DNA of 64,000 nucleotides, from assembly GCF_009914755.1 (NCBI RefSeq), contig NC_060931.1. The stretch is one strand, 5' to 3'. Under the pieces are notes generated by a model that was given only the letters and a program-made list of their open reading frames with translations, made no database searches and was not told where the DNA came from. This DNA is from the human T2T-CHM13v2.0 reference genome, Homo sapiens. This document shows, piece after piece, positions 15,538-31,494 of the stretch (its first letter is position 1; every line of letters begins with the position of its first letter). The position numbers were made by a program, and so were the translations under genes.

Positions 15538-16128
15538 AATTCCCAGTTCTTTATGTTCAATACTTGTCACATCCAAATGTGTGGGAATGCACTCTGGGAA
15601 ACACTGTCTAGGAAATTGAGCTAATACCTCTGCCAATTCTTATAGATGCTGATCTGCTGATAGATAATATAAACTTGTTAGTGCTGCTTCATCTTATCAG
15701 GCTTGCTTAGGTGGCTACAGTCTCTTCGTAACCAGGCAGTTTAGGAATCTGTTATGTTCCCTACTCCAGTCCATTAGTTGTCATTTTCTGAATAGGTGCA
15801 TTCTTCTTTATTAATCTGCAGAGACCAGAAAGTTACCTAGTCTGATTTAAATATTTTAGTGTTTCCTCATGGTGCAAATGAATAACTCCCTTTTGCCAAA
15901 GTAGGTGATAAAATTGCCTAGATGACATTTAGATACTATTTACACTTTCTAGTATACAACTGAATGGACATATATAGCTGATGTTTTTCAAATTTGTGTC
16001 CATAAAACATTAGTTCTGGAGACATGAATGTCTTCTATAAGAAAAGGATTCGATAGCCAGTAGGAGAAATATCCCATACCCTATGACCTTCTAGAAGAGT
16101 CACAAGGCAGATTTGCTTGGAAAAGAAT

Positions 16129-17722
16129 TGTGTCCGGAATTCGTGGGTTCTTGGTCTCGCTGACTTCAAGAATGAAGCCACGGACCCTCATGGTGAGCGT
16201 TACAGTTCACAAAGGTGGCGTGTCCAGAGTTTGTTCCTTCTGATGTTCGGATGTGTTCTGAGTTTCTTCCTTCTGGTGGGTTCATGGTCTCGCTGGCTCA
16301 GGAGTGAAACTGCAGACCTTCGCAGTGAGTGTTACAGCTCATAAAGGTAGTGCCGACCCAAAGAGTGAGCAGCAGCAAGATTTATTGCAAAGAGCAAAAG
16401 AACAAAGCTTCCACAGTGTGGAAGGGGACCCGAGTGGGTTGCCACTGCTGGCTCGGGCAGCCTACTTTTATTCCCTTATCTGACCCCACCCACATCCTGC
16501 TGATTGGCCCATTTTACAGAGAGCTGATTGGTCTGTTTTACAGGGAGCTGATTGGTCTGTTTTGACAGGTTGCTGATTGGTGCGTTTACAATCCCTGAGC
16601 TAGACACAAAAGTTCTCCAAGTCCCCACTAGATTAGCTAGACACAGAGCACTGATTGGTGCATTTACAAACCTTGAGCTAGACACAGGGTGCTGATTGGT
16701 GTGTTTACAAACCTTGAGCTAGACACAGAGTGCTGATTGGTGTATTTACAATCCTTTAGCTAGACATAAAGATTCTCCAAGTCTCCACTAGATTAGCTAG
16801 ACACAGAGCACTGATTGGTGCATTTACAAACCTTGAGCTAGACACAGGGTGCTGATTGGTGTGTTTACAAACCTTGAGCTAGACACAGAGTGCTGATTGG
16901 TGTATTTACAGGCCCTTAGCTAGACATAAAGGTGCTCCAAGTCCCCACCAGATTAGCTAGATACAGAGTGCTGACTGTTACATTTACAAACCTTGAGCTA
17001 GATACAGAGTGCTGATTGGTGTATCTACAATCCCTTAGCTAGACATAAAGGTTCTTCAAGTCCCCACCAGACTCAGGAGCCCAGCTGGCTTCACCTAGTG
17101 GATCCTGCACTGGGGCTGCAGGTGGAGCTGCCTGCTAGTCCCATGCCGTGTGCCCTCGCTCCTCAGCACTTGGACGGTCGATGGGACCAGGTGCCGTGGA
17201 GCGGGGCGCGGTGCTTGTCGGGGATGCTCGGGCTGCACAGGAGCCCATGGAGGCAGGGGGGAGGCTCGGGCATGGCAGGCTGCAGGTCCTGAGCCCTGCC
17301 CACTGGGGAGTCAGCTGAGGCCCAGCGAGAATTCGAGCGTAGCGCTGGCGGGCCGGCACTGCTGGGGGACCCGGCGCACCCTCTGCAGCTGCTGGCCTGG
17401 GTGCTAAGCCCCTCACTGCCCTGGGCCGGCAGCGCCGGCTGGCCACTCTGAGTGTGGGGCCCGCCGAGCCCACACCCACCCGGAACTCACACTGGCCCGC
17501 AAGTGCCGTGTGCAGCCCTGGTTCCTGCCTGCACCTCTCCCTCCACACCTCCCCGCAAGCCGAGGGAGCTGGCTCCGGCCTCGGCCAGCCCTGAGAGGGG
17601 CTCCCACGGTGCAGCGGCGGGCTGAAGGGCCCCTCAAGCGCGGCCAGAGTGGGCACCAAGGCCGAGGAGGTGCCGAGAGTGAGCAAGGGCTGCGAGGGCT
17701 GCCAGCACACTGTCACCTCTCA
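16129..17722 (-). mobile_element. Solo LTR12 (ERV9 LTR; LTR12C/D-like), 1594 bp
   Basis: Termini tgtgtccggaat...gtcacctctca, a perfect 4-bp TSD GAAT (16125-16128, 17723-17726), tandem gctgattggt subrepeats and a CpG-rich U3 part. Confidence 0.93.
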
Positions 17723-17774
17723 GAATGAGGAGTTCTGTTGTAAGGAAACAGTTAACTTTGTTTAATCCAGAAAC

Positions 17775-18120
17775 TGAGTCATTCATTTATATGCCAACTA
17801 TTTATTGAGCATTTAGTATGTGCCAGACACTTTGCTTTTCTTCCAGGACATACTGTCCTCATGGAACTTATGTTCTGGTGAGAAAAACTGATAATGGAGA
17901 ACTAAGCGAATATGTAAATTCCTTATACATCATGAGTAAATAGTGGGAAGAAACTAAACAGGGAGCTGTGATAGAGAATAATGGGCATATATTGAACTTA
18001 AGTGGTCAGGAAAGGCCTCTGTAAGGGAGGTGACTGAGACCTAAAGAATGAGAACAAGCTATCTCTCTGCACTATCAGGGGAAGAATGTTTCAGGCAGAA
18101 GGAACAGTAAGGGCAAAAGT
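17775..18120. mobile_element. L2 fragment
   Basis: tcattcatt...tatttattgagcattt...tgtgccagacac and gtggtcaggaaaggcctct motifs. Confidence 0.65.
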
Positions 18121-18911
18121 AACCTTAGCAAAATACTTTGTGTCCCTACTATGTGCTAGGCATTTTGCATGATAATCTTTTATCAATTAATTTTTCAGTT
18201 GAGAACCTTGGCTTACCATGCAACCAGCCTAAGGTCCTAGAGCATGTCAACTTGTGGTGGAACGTGGTTGGAACTCAGACATGCTTGTGCTATATACTGC
18301 CTTCCAAATTGCTTGAGATTGAAATATCTTTCCTTCTTTCTTTTTTTCAATAGTAGGCCTCCTAATAAGCTTAGGTACACGAAATTGGAGAACTCTGGTA
18401 TACAAGGAATTATAACAGAATTAGAATTACTGCTGTCATCTTAGAGTTTCAAATAGTAGAGAGGTAGAAAAATATTTTTACAGCTTTATTAAATACTTTT
18501 TCAGGAACTTATATACTAAGCATCTTAGATACTTGGAGTTCAGCCTTCAGGGCCCCTTCTTGGGCACAATTCCAAGGTTTAGTAAGTGCACAAACAACAA
18601 ACCCTATGAGGAAAAGTATCCAGTAACAGAAAAGAAAATGGAACAGCTCTGAATTTGGGAGGAGCAAATAGACATCATACCTCTGTGGCCCTCAAAGGCC
18701 ACGCAGAGCATTGTGAGTGATGGCATACCAGCCACTGGACATTCTTCTTTTGTTAATAAAACAAGGTTTTGCCCTTAGAAGATGATATCTAGAAGGGAAA
18801 GAAAGGTTAGTCATGTTCCTAGTATCATTTCACTTATCAACATTATCTTTTAGGACACTTTGTTTAGAAGATACTGTAAGAGAACTGATCCATTCTGTAG
18901 ATACTAAATAA

Positions 18912-19273
<362 letters not shown>

Positions 19274-19435
19274 TAGAATTTTCTTTTAAAGCCAAATATC
19301 AAAAAGTGTTTGGAGATGAACCGTGGACTGTGTAAGTACTTTCTGTTACTGACACTGAAGAATTCTGTCTTTGCTGCAAACTACCCTCAAAATGGCAATG
19401 AGTTGGTGGCAGGTCATATGCTTAGGAAGTTTTTA

Positions 19436-19598
19436 GAGCAGCGTTGTCCAATAGAACTTTCTGCAATAATGGAAATGTCCTGTAATACAGTGTCTGTTGA
19501 GCTCATGTGGCTAGTGTGACTGAGGAAGTGAATATTTAATTTTAATTAATTTAAATTTAGCCATTTATAGCTAGTGGCTACCATATTGAATAGCACAG
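19436..19598. mobile_element. MER3 (hAT-Charlie)
   Basis: gcgttgtccaatagaactttctgcaataatggaaatgt...gctagtggctaccatattgaatagcacag. Confidence 0.75.
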
Positions 19599-21105
19599 GC
19601 TTTGAGATAACTTTAATACCTTTATGAGGTATTTAATACCTTTATGAGGGGAGAAACAAGTGACCAAAAAGCAAAGTGATCTTTGAGACTTTGAAGCAGC
19701 TTGTTCGAGAGCCTGTTTAGAGGTTAGGCCTATATCCCACATCATCTTTATTTGCATCTCCAGTTACTTCTGTAGTCTATCAAAGTAATTGCATTATTAG
19801 GAGAAGCTTTTTCAGAGCTTTGTGTGACTTAAGATCGCAGGGAAATACATATGAAGGTTGCGTGGCAGTACTGCCATGTGGAAATGTGGGTGTGGGCTTT
19901 GCCTTGTTGCAATGACTTGTTAGTGCTACTGGCCATAATACCTGGGAGGCCAGGGATATTGACTGTAATATTATCCTGCCTAAAATACCAATAACACCCT
20001 CATTGAGAAGTATTGCTGGATCTTTTTGATGGTAAGAGTTATTAAAATTTAGAAATTCCAGAACTCAAAGAATTATTTCTTCTCTGAAAAACCCAGACAT
20101 CTGGTAGACATTCTCTGAAGCTTCTGGATGTTTTTCTGTATTGTAGCCTATGGCATTGTGAATCTAAGATGCTTTTTGAGCACCAGACAATTAGTAGAAC
20201 ATTTTAATGTTGTGGTTGGATAACACTGAAAAAGCCATTGACATTTGTTTTGAGCAGCAGCAGTGAAACCGGCACCTTATCTCATGTGCACAAAAATCCA
20301 TGTAGATGATTTAAAAACTGCTGTGCTGCCGATGAAGGGAAGAAAGCAGGAGGTCTAATCATCGTCAACTGAAACCTCACCTAAGTAGTATTCGCCTGCC
20401 TCCACTTTAAAAGACAAATTAAACTACTTGTAGTATTATGTAGAAGAATGTATGTATTTGTATATTTCCAAATTTAAAGTCTACCTTTTGCCTGAAAAAA
20501 CATAGAAAAGAAAACTACCAATACTAAGTATAGTTGAGTGGTTTTCCTGCTGTTTTCTATTATGGTCCCTGGAGCTCAGGTGTCCATTTTCATGGGAAGG
20601 AACCTTTCACTTGATAAATGAGCTGGAAAAAGGGGGTTTATGTCTGTGTGAGCTGCAGAAAGGACTAGTAGTTAGTAAGGTGATAAAATTGCAGGATCAG
20701 GCAATGATACTTTCAGAAGCAATCACTGCAGGCTGTCAACAGAGCTTACAAACCTTTGAGGTTGTTCCTGGGCCAACCTTGGAAGAAGGTATATCTTATG
20801 TAATTGTCATTGTAACCAGAGAACATTTTTGATACAGTTTAGTGTTATTATCTTTTTTTGTAATTATGGGTGATAGATTGATAATTGCATTAATATCATT
20901 ACAGGGGGTATATTTAAAAAAAAGTGGCTGATTTTTCTTATTCTTCCCTCCAATACCATAGTAATGGCAGGATCCTTTTGTTGTTCCACAAAGATAATCT
21001 GATGTCTATTTTGTCTACAGACAAAATATAATAAAAGTACATGGGAAAGTACATGGACAAGACATTATGTGTTATGAACATACTTTCTTTTTAAAATGTT
21101 TTATT

Positions 21106-21554
<449 letters not shown>

Positions 21555-21800
21555 TTATGAATATACACTCTTAAACACTAACGTTTGTCTAAGTAATTTT
21601 AACTGGAGATGAACTAAGACCCATTATTTTAGGATTTCAAGGTTCTAATACAATATTATTATTTTTACACAGCATTTGTTGTGTTTAAAAGTTTCATTAA
21701 TTACCTCCAGTTAATAGCATGATATATTTTCAATGCAATCTGTTTCAAATTGATCAGATATATAGAATCTCTGGTAACCTCCTAAGGATTGTAGTTGAGG

Positions 21801-21801
<1 letters not shown>

Positions 21802-21834
<33 letters not shown>
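21802..21834. repeat. (TG)n microsatellite
   Basis: About 16 TG units. Confidence 0.95.
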
Positions 21835-21837
<3 letters not shown>

Positions 21838-21971
21838 TATGTATGTGTGTTAAAGGCAGAATCTCTTCACTATGAACCACTGAATGAAGAAATTATGCAA
21901 ATTAATAATAACAAAATCTGTTTATGATTTTATATGATTAAGACAACATGAAATTAGATGCATCTACTGAA

Positions 21972-22900
<929 letters not shown>

Positions 22901-23597
22901 GAATGTGTATATCTTTTCCTTGTGGTGTACTGAAGGACTTTTTTAAGAAAATGTTTCATAGGAAGGGGTTTTGAGTTGTTCAAAGGACAACTTTTGAATG
23001 AGTTGTCTGTAGGCTGCAATTATTGCTAATTTGATTCATGTGACATGGAGGGTGTCTTTGCAGGGTGACTACAATCTGTTCAGAGTTCTCTCCTTCATTT
23101 TTCATTGTCTCTACAACTCAGAGATCAGAATTTCTCAAAATGAGAATGAGACTGCCATTGTCTGTTGTCTACCTTTTAAATTGAAAAGACTAAATTTTAT
23201 GGTATCCCATTAAAAATCCTATTTAGGTTTTTTCTTTTTTGAAAAGTTTTTTTTACATTGATATGGATGAATGCCAATTAGTATGGATCACACATTTTTG
23301 ACAGAAAAATATGTTGACTTGATCCAGATGGAAAATGATTATCTTTTGGATATGTAACAGTAAAATTGTTAAATTAGGGAGAAGAAACCCCATTTTCTGA
23401 AAATGATTTCTTGGACATTGATAATCAGAGATGTAAGTTGATAGCTACAGAGTTCTTTGACCTTGCCTTCGTGTTATCCACTTGGCTCTGAATTGTACCA
23501 TTTCATCATGGGCAAGTCTCTGGAGAGAAAGCATGAAATGTTCAACTTGTTTAATCTCAACAATTCGGAAATATGCTGTATATGTTGAAAATAAATG

Positions 23598-23893
<296 letters not shown>

Positions 23894-25810
23894 TCATTTT
23901 TCTCCTGTAATACTTTAGAGGTAAATGCTTTAGAATAATTTTAAAATAATACCTCATTTCTAAAAATATAGGTTATAGCAATGATGACAAAGATAACTTA
24001 TCTTCCATGGAATATTTTGGATAGAACAAAACATTTATGATGCTTTAATCTGTATTTGTATGAATAAAATTTGATTCAAGTGGAATTAGGAGTAATGGGA
24101 ACTTAGCATGTTTTATGTGGAAACTTAGCATGTTTTATGTTTTCGTTTTGTTAGCTATTTTTAAAATATGGCTGTGTTTAAATATATTGCTACTGCATAA
24201 TGCCTAGAAGTCCACAGGCCTCTGTATTTTGTTCCTTATGATATCATCTGTTCTCAATGCACTACTTTTTTTTAAAGAAAGATATACACATTCCTAGAAT
24301 CTTTTACATTCCCAGTGAAATGCCAAGACAGGTCTGTCAAATCTAATTTTACAGAAGTGGAATGTATTTGTCAATATTTTATAATATTGACAAAAATAAC
24401 TTAATTTTTTTTTCTTCATTTTATGTATCACTTCTTGTGACTTGTGAGAACAAATTTTTGATGTTAACAAGTCACATGTAAGTTTAAAATCTAATATTAT
24501 TTTAACATTGTACAGAACAGGAATATCTAAAGGCTGTTGTTCCTAAGGCTAGCCCAGTTTCAGTCCACTTCACTTACAGCCATCTCCTGTGATGGTAAGC
24601 CACAAATGTCCCCTGTTTTCCTCTCTGCCTTCATATTGATTATTACTAATGTAAAAATATTTCCAATTTTTACAAATAGTTATGTGTGTCAGGTTTTAAT
24701 GAAATGCTAAAGGACATTACTAATAGACCCCAAGAGATTCCGTTTCTTCTTCGCCTGTCACACTTCCTGCCCAAGTGCTGATGGACTGTGGAAACAATGA
24801 CTACCATGGACCACTGTTTGAAGATGTAGTATGCTGAATTCCCAGACATCAACTTAAAAATAAATTCTGCTCATGAAAAGTATGCAGGGCATGTTTCTGC
24901 TTAAAAAAATGTCCTGGGAAAAAATCTAAATTGAATTCAGAAGATAGAGTACCATGTAAAAGAGTGGCCAAGTTATAGGAAGTATTTATTTTTTACCTTT
25001 AATTAGGTATTTTAACATTCAAAAAGCTAATGCATTTTGTTTCTTAGACATAAATAAATACGTAGATCATAAATAGAAATGTTTCAGAGATGTTTTATTT
25101 AAGAGAGTCAACAATAGTAATTAAATTAATACTAATAAATAATGCTAGCTCCTGACACTTTACCATTGACACTTTCACCAGTATCTTACATGAACCTCAT
25201 AGCAACTCATAGCTCATGTCTGTGAAAACTGAGGCACAGAGTTGCCTAAAGAAGGCTCCAAAGTGGATTTTGCTTTAATTCCAGTACTTTTTCCACCTGA
25301 TACCTTTTTCATGGTTGATTTATAGTAGAGTCAATGTGTCTTTTGAAAGAACAGTGTCCATATCTTATTGGAAATAGTAAAGCTTTCAAAAGAGAGCAGT
25401 TGTTATGAATCTGTCATCCTCTTACTTCCATCTTTAAAGTTTCAACAGTTCACTCTTTCCTTCTTACCATCCTTGTGTTTTCAGAATGCTATCACCAGTC
25501 AGTAGCAGTGTAGCATGACTACCTATTCTGAATGGTTTGTACCCTTTCTTAGACTTCAGGAGTTGCTTTCTACTCAAGCTAGTTCAATTGTTGACTCAAC
25601 AAGCATTGCTAGGCATTAGATGTAACAGCACAATGTTTATTCTTTCTTTATATTTTTATGTCTTTTTATTCACAATTAAAATTTGTATAAGCTTTGCATA
25701 ATTGCCATTTAAAGTTAATATTTTTCAACAAATGTAAGAACAGAAATATACCTAATTCCTACCAAACTTTTATAATTAGTTTAGCCAGTTATTCTGACCC
25801 TAACCATATA

Positions 25811-26902
25811 GAGGCACACCTTGTTTTGATGCACTTTGCTTTATTCTGCCTTGCAGATACTGCACTTCTTATAAATTGAAGGTTTGTGGCAACCCTGCAT
25901 TGAGCATCTGTCGTGCCATTTTTCCAATGGCACATGCTCACTTCATGTCTCTGACTCACATTTTGGTAATTCTTACAATATTTCAAACCTTTTCATTATT
26001 ATATCTGTTATGGTGAGCTGTGATCAGTGATCTTTGATGTTAGTATTGTAGTTGTTTTGGGGTGCCGCAAACCACATCCATATAAGACAGAGAGCTTAAT
26101 TGATAAGTGTGTGTGTTCTGGCTGCTCCATTGACCTACCCTTCTCTAGTTTCTCTCCCTCTCTTTCGACCTTCCTAATCCCTGAGACACAATATTGAAAT
26201 TAGGCCAATTAATAACCCTACAGTGACTTATAAGTGTTCAAGTGAAAGGAAGAGTCATATGCCTCTCACTTTAAATCAAAAGCTAGAAATGATTAAGCTT
26301 AATGACGAAGGCATGTCAAAAGCTGACATAGGCCAGAAGCTAGGCCTCTTGTGCCAGTTAGCCAAGATATGGATGCGAGGGAAAAATTCTTGAAGGAAAT
26401 GTAAAGTGCTACTCCAATGAACACACAAATGTAACAGAATGAAACAGCTTTATTGCTTATATGGAGAAAGTTAGAGTGGTCTGATAGAAAATCAAACCAG
26501 CCATAACATTCCCTTAAGCCGAAGTCTAATTTAGAGCAAGGAACTCTCTTTAATTTCTTCAGGGGTTCTATGAAGGCTGAGAGAGGTGAGGAAGCTGCAG
26601 AGGAACGCTTTGAAGCTAGCAGAGGTTGGTTTATTTGGTTTAGTGAAAGAAGCCATCTGCATAACATAAAAGTGCAAGGTAAAGTACAAGTGTTAATGTA
26701 GAAGCTGCAGCAAATTATCAAGAAGGTCTAGCTGAGATACCTGATGAAGGTGGCTACACTCAACAACAGATTTTCAGTGTAGGTGAAAACAGTGTTATAT
26801 TGGAGGAAGATGCCATCTAGGCCTTTCATAGCTGGAGAGAAGTCAATGCCTGGCTTCAAAGCTTCACAGGACAGGCTGACTGTCTTCTTAGGAGCTCATG
26901 CT
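25811..26902 (+). mobile_element. Tigger1 DNA transposon, 5' ~1.1 kb with decayed transposase start
   Basis: TA plus gaggcacaccttgtttt TIR-like start; aagtgttcaagtgaaaggaagagtc...aaatcaaaagctagaaatgattaagctt matches the Tigger1 transposase 5' end, with no intact ORF. Confidence 0.88.
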
Positions 26903-27045
26903 CACATTGCCATGCAACCAGTCTTCAGAATTCTTTTCATTTTACGAAACTGAAGTTCTGTACCCATTAAACAACTCCCCATTTTCTTCTTCCTCCTGCC
27001 TCTGGCAATCACCATTCTACTTTCTGTCTCTATGAATTTGAAGTC
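26903..27045 (-). mobile_element. L1MB-like 3' fragment abutting the truncated Tigger1
   Basis: tgtacccattaaacaactcccc...ctggcaatcaccattctactttctgtctctatgaatttg. Confidence 0.75.
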
Positions 27046-27988
27046 TATAGTTGCACAGGCACAAATGTCTGTCTCTAGAAACATTTTCCAAGTAATACAC
27101 TTCACTACATTTTCTCTTAGAATCACCTATATCTGTGTTAAAACTGTAAGAATCTGTGTTAAAATTTTAAGAATGTAGCAGTTGTCTTGATTAGAAATAT
27201 ATTTTCAATAGCCTTTCAAAAAACCAGAGACAAAAAAGCAGAGAGGAAATTATCTGCTTCTTATCTGAAGGCTAATGACAAAAAAAGTCATCCATGTGAA
27301 CTTTAATAGAAATCTGCCGAAACCCTTAATGAGGTAGGTATCATGATCAGCGTAACTCATTACAGAATTGTTGTATTTTAGAGCTAGAAAAAAACCTCAG
27401 AAATAATTTTAAGTTCTTCATTTCATAAATGAAGTGATACTGTTGTGAAATGTCTAACCAAATTAATTAACTGTGCAGTTAGGATTGTAGTCTGTTTCTT
27501 GTTTCTCAAGAATTCCCTTTCAGCAATTGTTGGTGAACAGGGTCAGATTTTCTCAGACAAACTAGCTATTACTTGTGTTCTACACTATGAGTATGTTTTA
27601 TAGAAAGTTTTCCTGGCTTATAATATAATTGAAGAGACTTGGAAATCTTAGCCCATGATTTCCATTTTTATATAATCTTCAAGGGCTAGAGATGTATGTG
27701 GATTGGAGGTATGTGGTTTTCCTTATCTGGGAAAGTAGTTGACAATTTCTCAGAAATTGAGCATTTATCACCAGTTCTAATGTGATAGGGAATGAGGTAT
27801 TGTTCATAGTATCATCAGAAATGAAGGGAATTGGGATGAAACTTTTCTTGAATTTCTGACCCTGATGCAATCAGGCAGTTGTTGATGGATTCCATTATCT
27901 TCGTGAGTCTTGTCAATGGCAGAGACCTAATTGAAGATTAGAGCTCTTGCAGAGAAAGGTCAAATCAACCACAGTAAATATTGTTGAA

Positions 27989-28299
27989 CAGGGTTTGGCA
28001 AACTGTAGCCCATGGGCTGCCTGTTTCTGTGAGATTTATAAGCTAACTTTTTTTTTAACATTTTTAAATCGCTGAAAAATTTTCAAAAGAATACGTCATG
28101 ATATGTGAACATTACAAGAAATTTAATTTCAAAGTTTATAAATAAAGTTTTATTGGAACATGGCTACATTAATTTATGTATTGTTTATGACTATTTTTGC
28201 ACTGAAACAATAGAGTAGTTGTGACAGAGAACAGATGGTCCCACAAAATCTAAACTGTTTACTATTTGGCCCTTTATAAAAAGGATTTGCCAGCTCCTG
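27989..28299. mobile_element. MER58-like hAT element
   Basis: cagggtttggcaaact...aataaagttttattggaaca...tttgccagctcctg with terminal inverted repeats. Confidence 0.75.
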
Positions 28300-31200
28300 C
28301 TAGAAAACATTGAGAATGATTTGTTTTGTAGTACCATGGAAATTTGTGATCTTCTTTGCTTACCTAGAACTGCAGCTGTATGCTACAGCTAAGAAATTCC
28401 TTAAAGAACTTCTCCACTTTTTTTTTGTTTTTTTTTTTTTTTTTTGGCCTCTGGGACAACCCACACTAGTCCATTCATGACTATTTTTTATGACTTTCTT
28501 TGCTTATTTTCCAGTGGTTCCTTTTGCCAATCATGTGAACAGACCAAAACCACACAGGAAGGTCTGTGGTTTGCCTAAAGAAGCTTTTCTACAGAGGGAT
28601 ATGTCTGGCTTGGGTACCTCCCTGTTTGTTGTACAAACCTATAGTTTGATTCTGATCATTACACTAGAGCTTTGATTCAAATGTATATAAAATGACCATC
28701 ACTGTCAGGATGTAAAATGAATAAGCATATTTATTGTTGGATTCATATTTGTAGGACGAAAATCTTAATCTTTCTTATTTTTATCAGGCATTTTAGTAAC
28801 TTTAGTAATGTTTCTCATGACTGCTAATTATACATCAAGATTAATTGCTATATTTTTTTTTAATTGGCTAACCTTAAACACATAAACCCAATGTCCTTTT
28901 TTATAGTCATCTTCTGATAGAGTTAAAACATCAGTGATAGGGAGACCACACAACACCTCTTATAAAAGTTATTTACCTCCTTTTTCCAGCTGTGGTTACT
29001 TGATTTTAGTTCTCTTGAGGCCACTGTAAGAAGGGAGTGGCCCTACAACCATGTAAGAGATCTGTGCTTTGCAGCCACTGAGAACCGGGGATCCTGCCAC
29101 TATTGCCACCATCCTTTTAAAGCATAACAACAAACAGGTGTTGTGTATCCAGAAAGAGCCCTTATCTGAAGGTTTGGAGTTTGGTTAAGCAGATCTTTTA
29201 TTATGTTTTACTCATGCGTTTGGTCATAATTATGCTTTTGTGCTCAATAAGGATGATTGTTATCTGTGAAAGTAACTGACAATTTCTCAGAACCATTGCC
29301 TTGGTTCTAGGTTCTAGGTAGCTAGTAACTAGTCTGGTTAGTGCCATGGAGAATGTGGAGCACTGGTCTGGGTCATGATATTGAGTTGAGTAGCTGAATT
29401 CTCTCCTCACTTCATAGGGTAGTTCTTTTATCTGGTTAGTGCTAGATGCTCATCTGTCTTAGCTTACTTAAATTTTGAGGTCTTGGGAGTAGAGCCCAGT
29501 AATGGGAGGAGCTGGGCATACGCTCTAGGAATCTTCTGCATCCAGATAATCCTTTTTTTAGTGGAGTCTTCTCACATTTTGGGATAGGCCATGAGGTAGA
29601 CTTGGGGCTCAGTAAGCAAAGCCAATGAGGATGACAAAACATGAAAAGGAAATGCTGATGCAGATGCAGGCTGGAGTGGGTGGTAAGAAGCCTGGGAGAG
29701 CAGCAAGATGAGATATCTTAGATAATGTTTGTTCTGACTTAGTAATAAGGTGAAATTGGGATGTGACATAACCTTAAGGCATTTTGACTTAGCTCTCACA
29801 TGTTGGTGAGAATTGAGACTAGAGGGAAAACCCCCTATTTTCATTTCTGAAATGCAGAAAAATAGAGTGAACATTTATAATCCAACCCTGGTATTTTAAA
29901 ACATGTGTAATAACAAAGTCGGTTATTGTATAATTTGGAAATGCGATGTAAGATATTATGATAAAGCTGTGATTTTCTGATTTAAGAGGGAAGAGTGAAG
30001 TGGAAGCCATGCTCGTTCTCCTCTGAGGAGGGTAGAGGACCGTGGACTCGCGTGGCAGGCACTAGTCCAGGGAGGGAAGCCATGAAAGAGAAAGAGAGGA
30101 GAGCTATGTCTCAGCCCCTGAGCTGTCCTCTATGAAAAGCTTCACACTCTGTGTCCAGCTGTCTCAATCAAGTCCTGGAAGAATGGTCTCCTTCAGAAGC
30201 TTTATTGCTGGCACCCAGGCCACATTGTCCTAAGAGGTGTGACCCACCAGGTCATGAGCCATGAACCCTCTAGTAGGCAGATCCTCCAACAGTTTAAGTA
30301 TTTTGTGTGTGTGTGTGTGTGTTAATGTGTGTGTGTGTATCTGTCTACTTACCACCAGGCTGAGTTACTGGGGGTCTGCCTAGAAAGGAACAGTGTCCCT
30401 GTAAACAGGAGGAGGCTCCCCAGAACATCAGCATCCAACATAAACACGCTGAATTAGGACAATACATCCTGGCTCCTTTGAGGAGGGGCTGTTCCCAAAG
30501 CCCTGGCAGGATAGAAGAGGGGATAGTGGGGGCTAGAAAAGGAGTAGGTATCAGCAGGAGTTACTTGAGTTTTCTCCTCTGACTGTAATTGGTTTAAAGT
30601 AGAGTCCAAGATTATTAAAGTTGGACTAGATCTTAGGGATTTTCCAGTTCCACCTCCTCATTTTACCAGTGAAGGAACAGATACATACAGGGGTTCTAGA
30701 ATTTATCTTAGATCAGAGAGGTAATGAGTGGCCGTGTTGGCTAGACTCCAGGTCTCTTGATTCAGTAATGATTCTTTCTCCAACCTGGATCACGAAGGGT
30801 TAAATTGTAGCAGGACTCTGGGATGGGATTCAGGGGTGCCAAATGCTATAAGTACAACCCACTGCTGTCTCAGGAAATTGTGGTTAGGATAGTGGTCCCT
30901 AGAACAGGTGACCCGAGAAGAACTTCTGACTTAGGTGAACGTTATATGTTTTGGAGAGGACTATGATGTGATTGTTTGGGAAGGGGGCATCTAGGCATAT
31001 CAGCAAGTCTCACTTGCTGAGAGTGAGATGGAGATAGAGAAAATTCTTTGAGAGGTGGGTGGAGGGATCTAGTTGAAGGCTCTCCTGTTGAGCTTTGAAT
31101 TTATAGTCAGTGTTTATAGAGTCTAGGCAAGTAGTATCTACTGTGACATTTGGAGAACTGAAAAGTAGAGTGGGATTTAGTGGTTACTGAGTGTGCCTTG

Positions 31201-31494
31201 GGTAGGACAGGTCCTTTTATGGTTGTAGCTTTCTGCACTTGAGTACTTATTTCTGCTTTACTGGCTAATGCCACTCTCATTTTAAGCTATCACAATGACT
31301 AAACATTATCCCTTTCATTCTGATTCTCTGTTCAATTTTTTCATATGTTGGAATTGAACATAGAATATAGAAAGAATTTTTATGAATTCGGAACTGAACT
31401 GTTTGGCCCACTGTAGATTTGGTTTTATTGGAAAGAACCTAGTTTTTTGAAATTTTTTTTTTTTTTTTGGCTTCCGTATGATCACCTACTCTAC

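Noticed and set aside
17098-17728. GC-rich ORFs and a CpG-island-like segment
   Set aside because: Entirely within the LTR12 U3 region; not a host gene promoter or exon.
26200-26902. Possible domesticated Tigger transposase
   Set aside because: Truncated, with no long plus-strand ORF.
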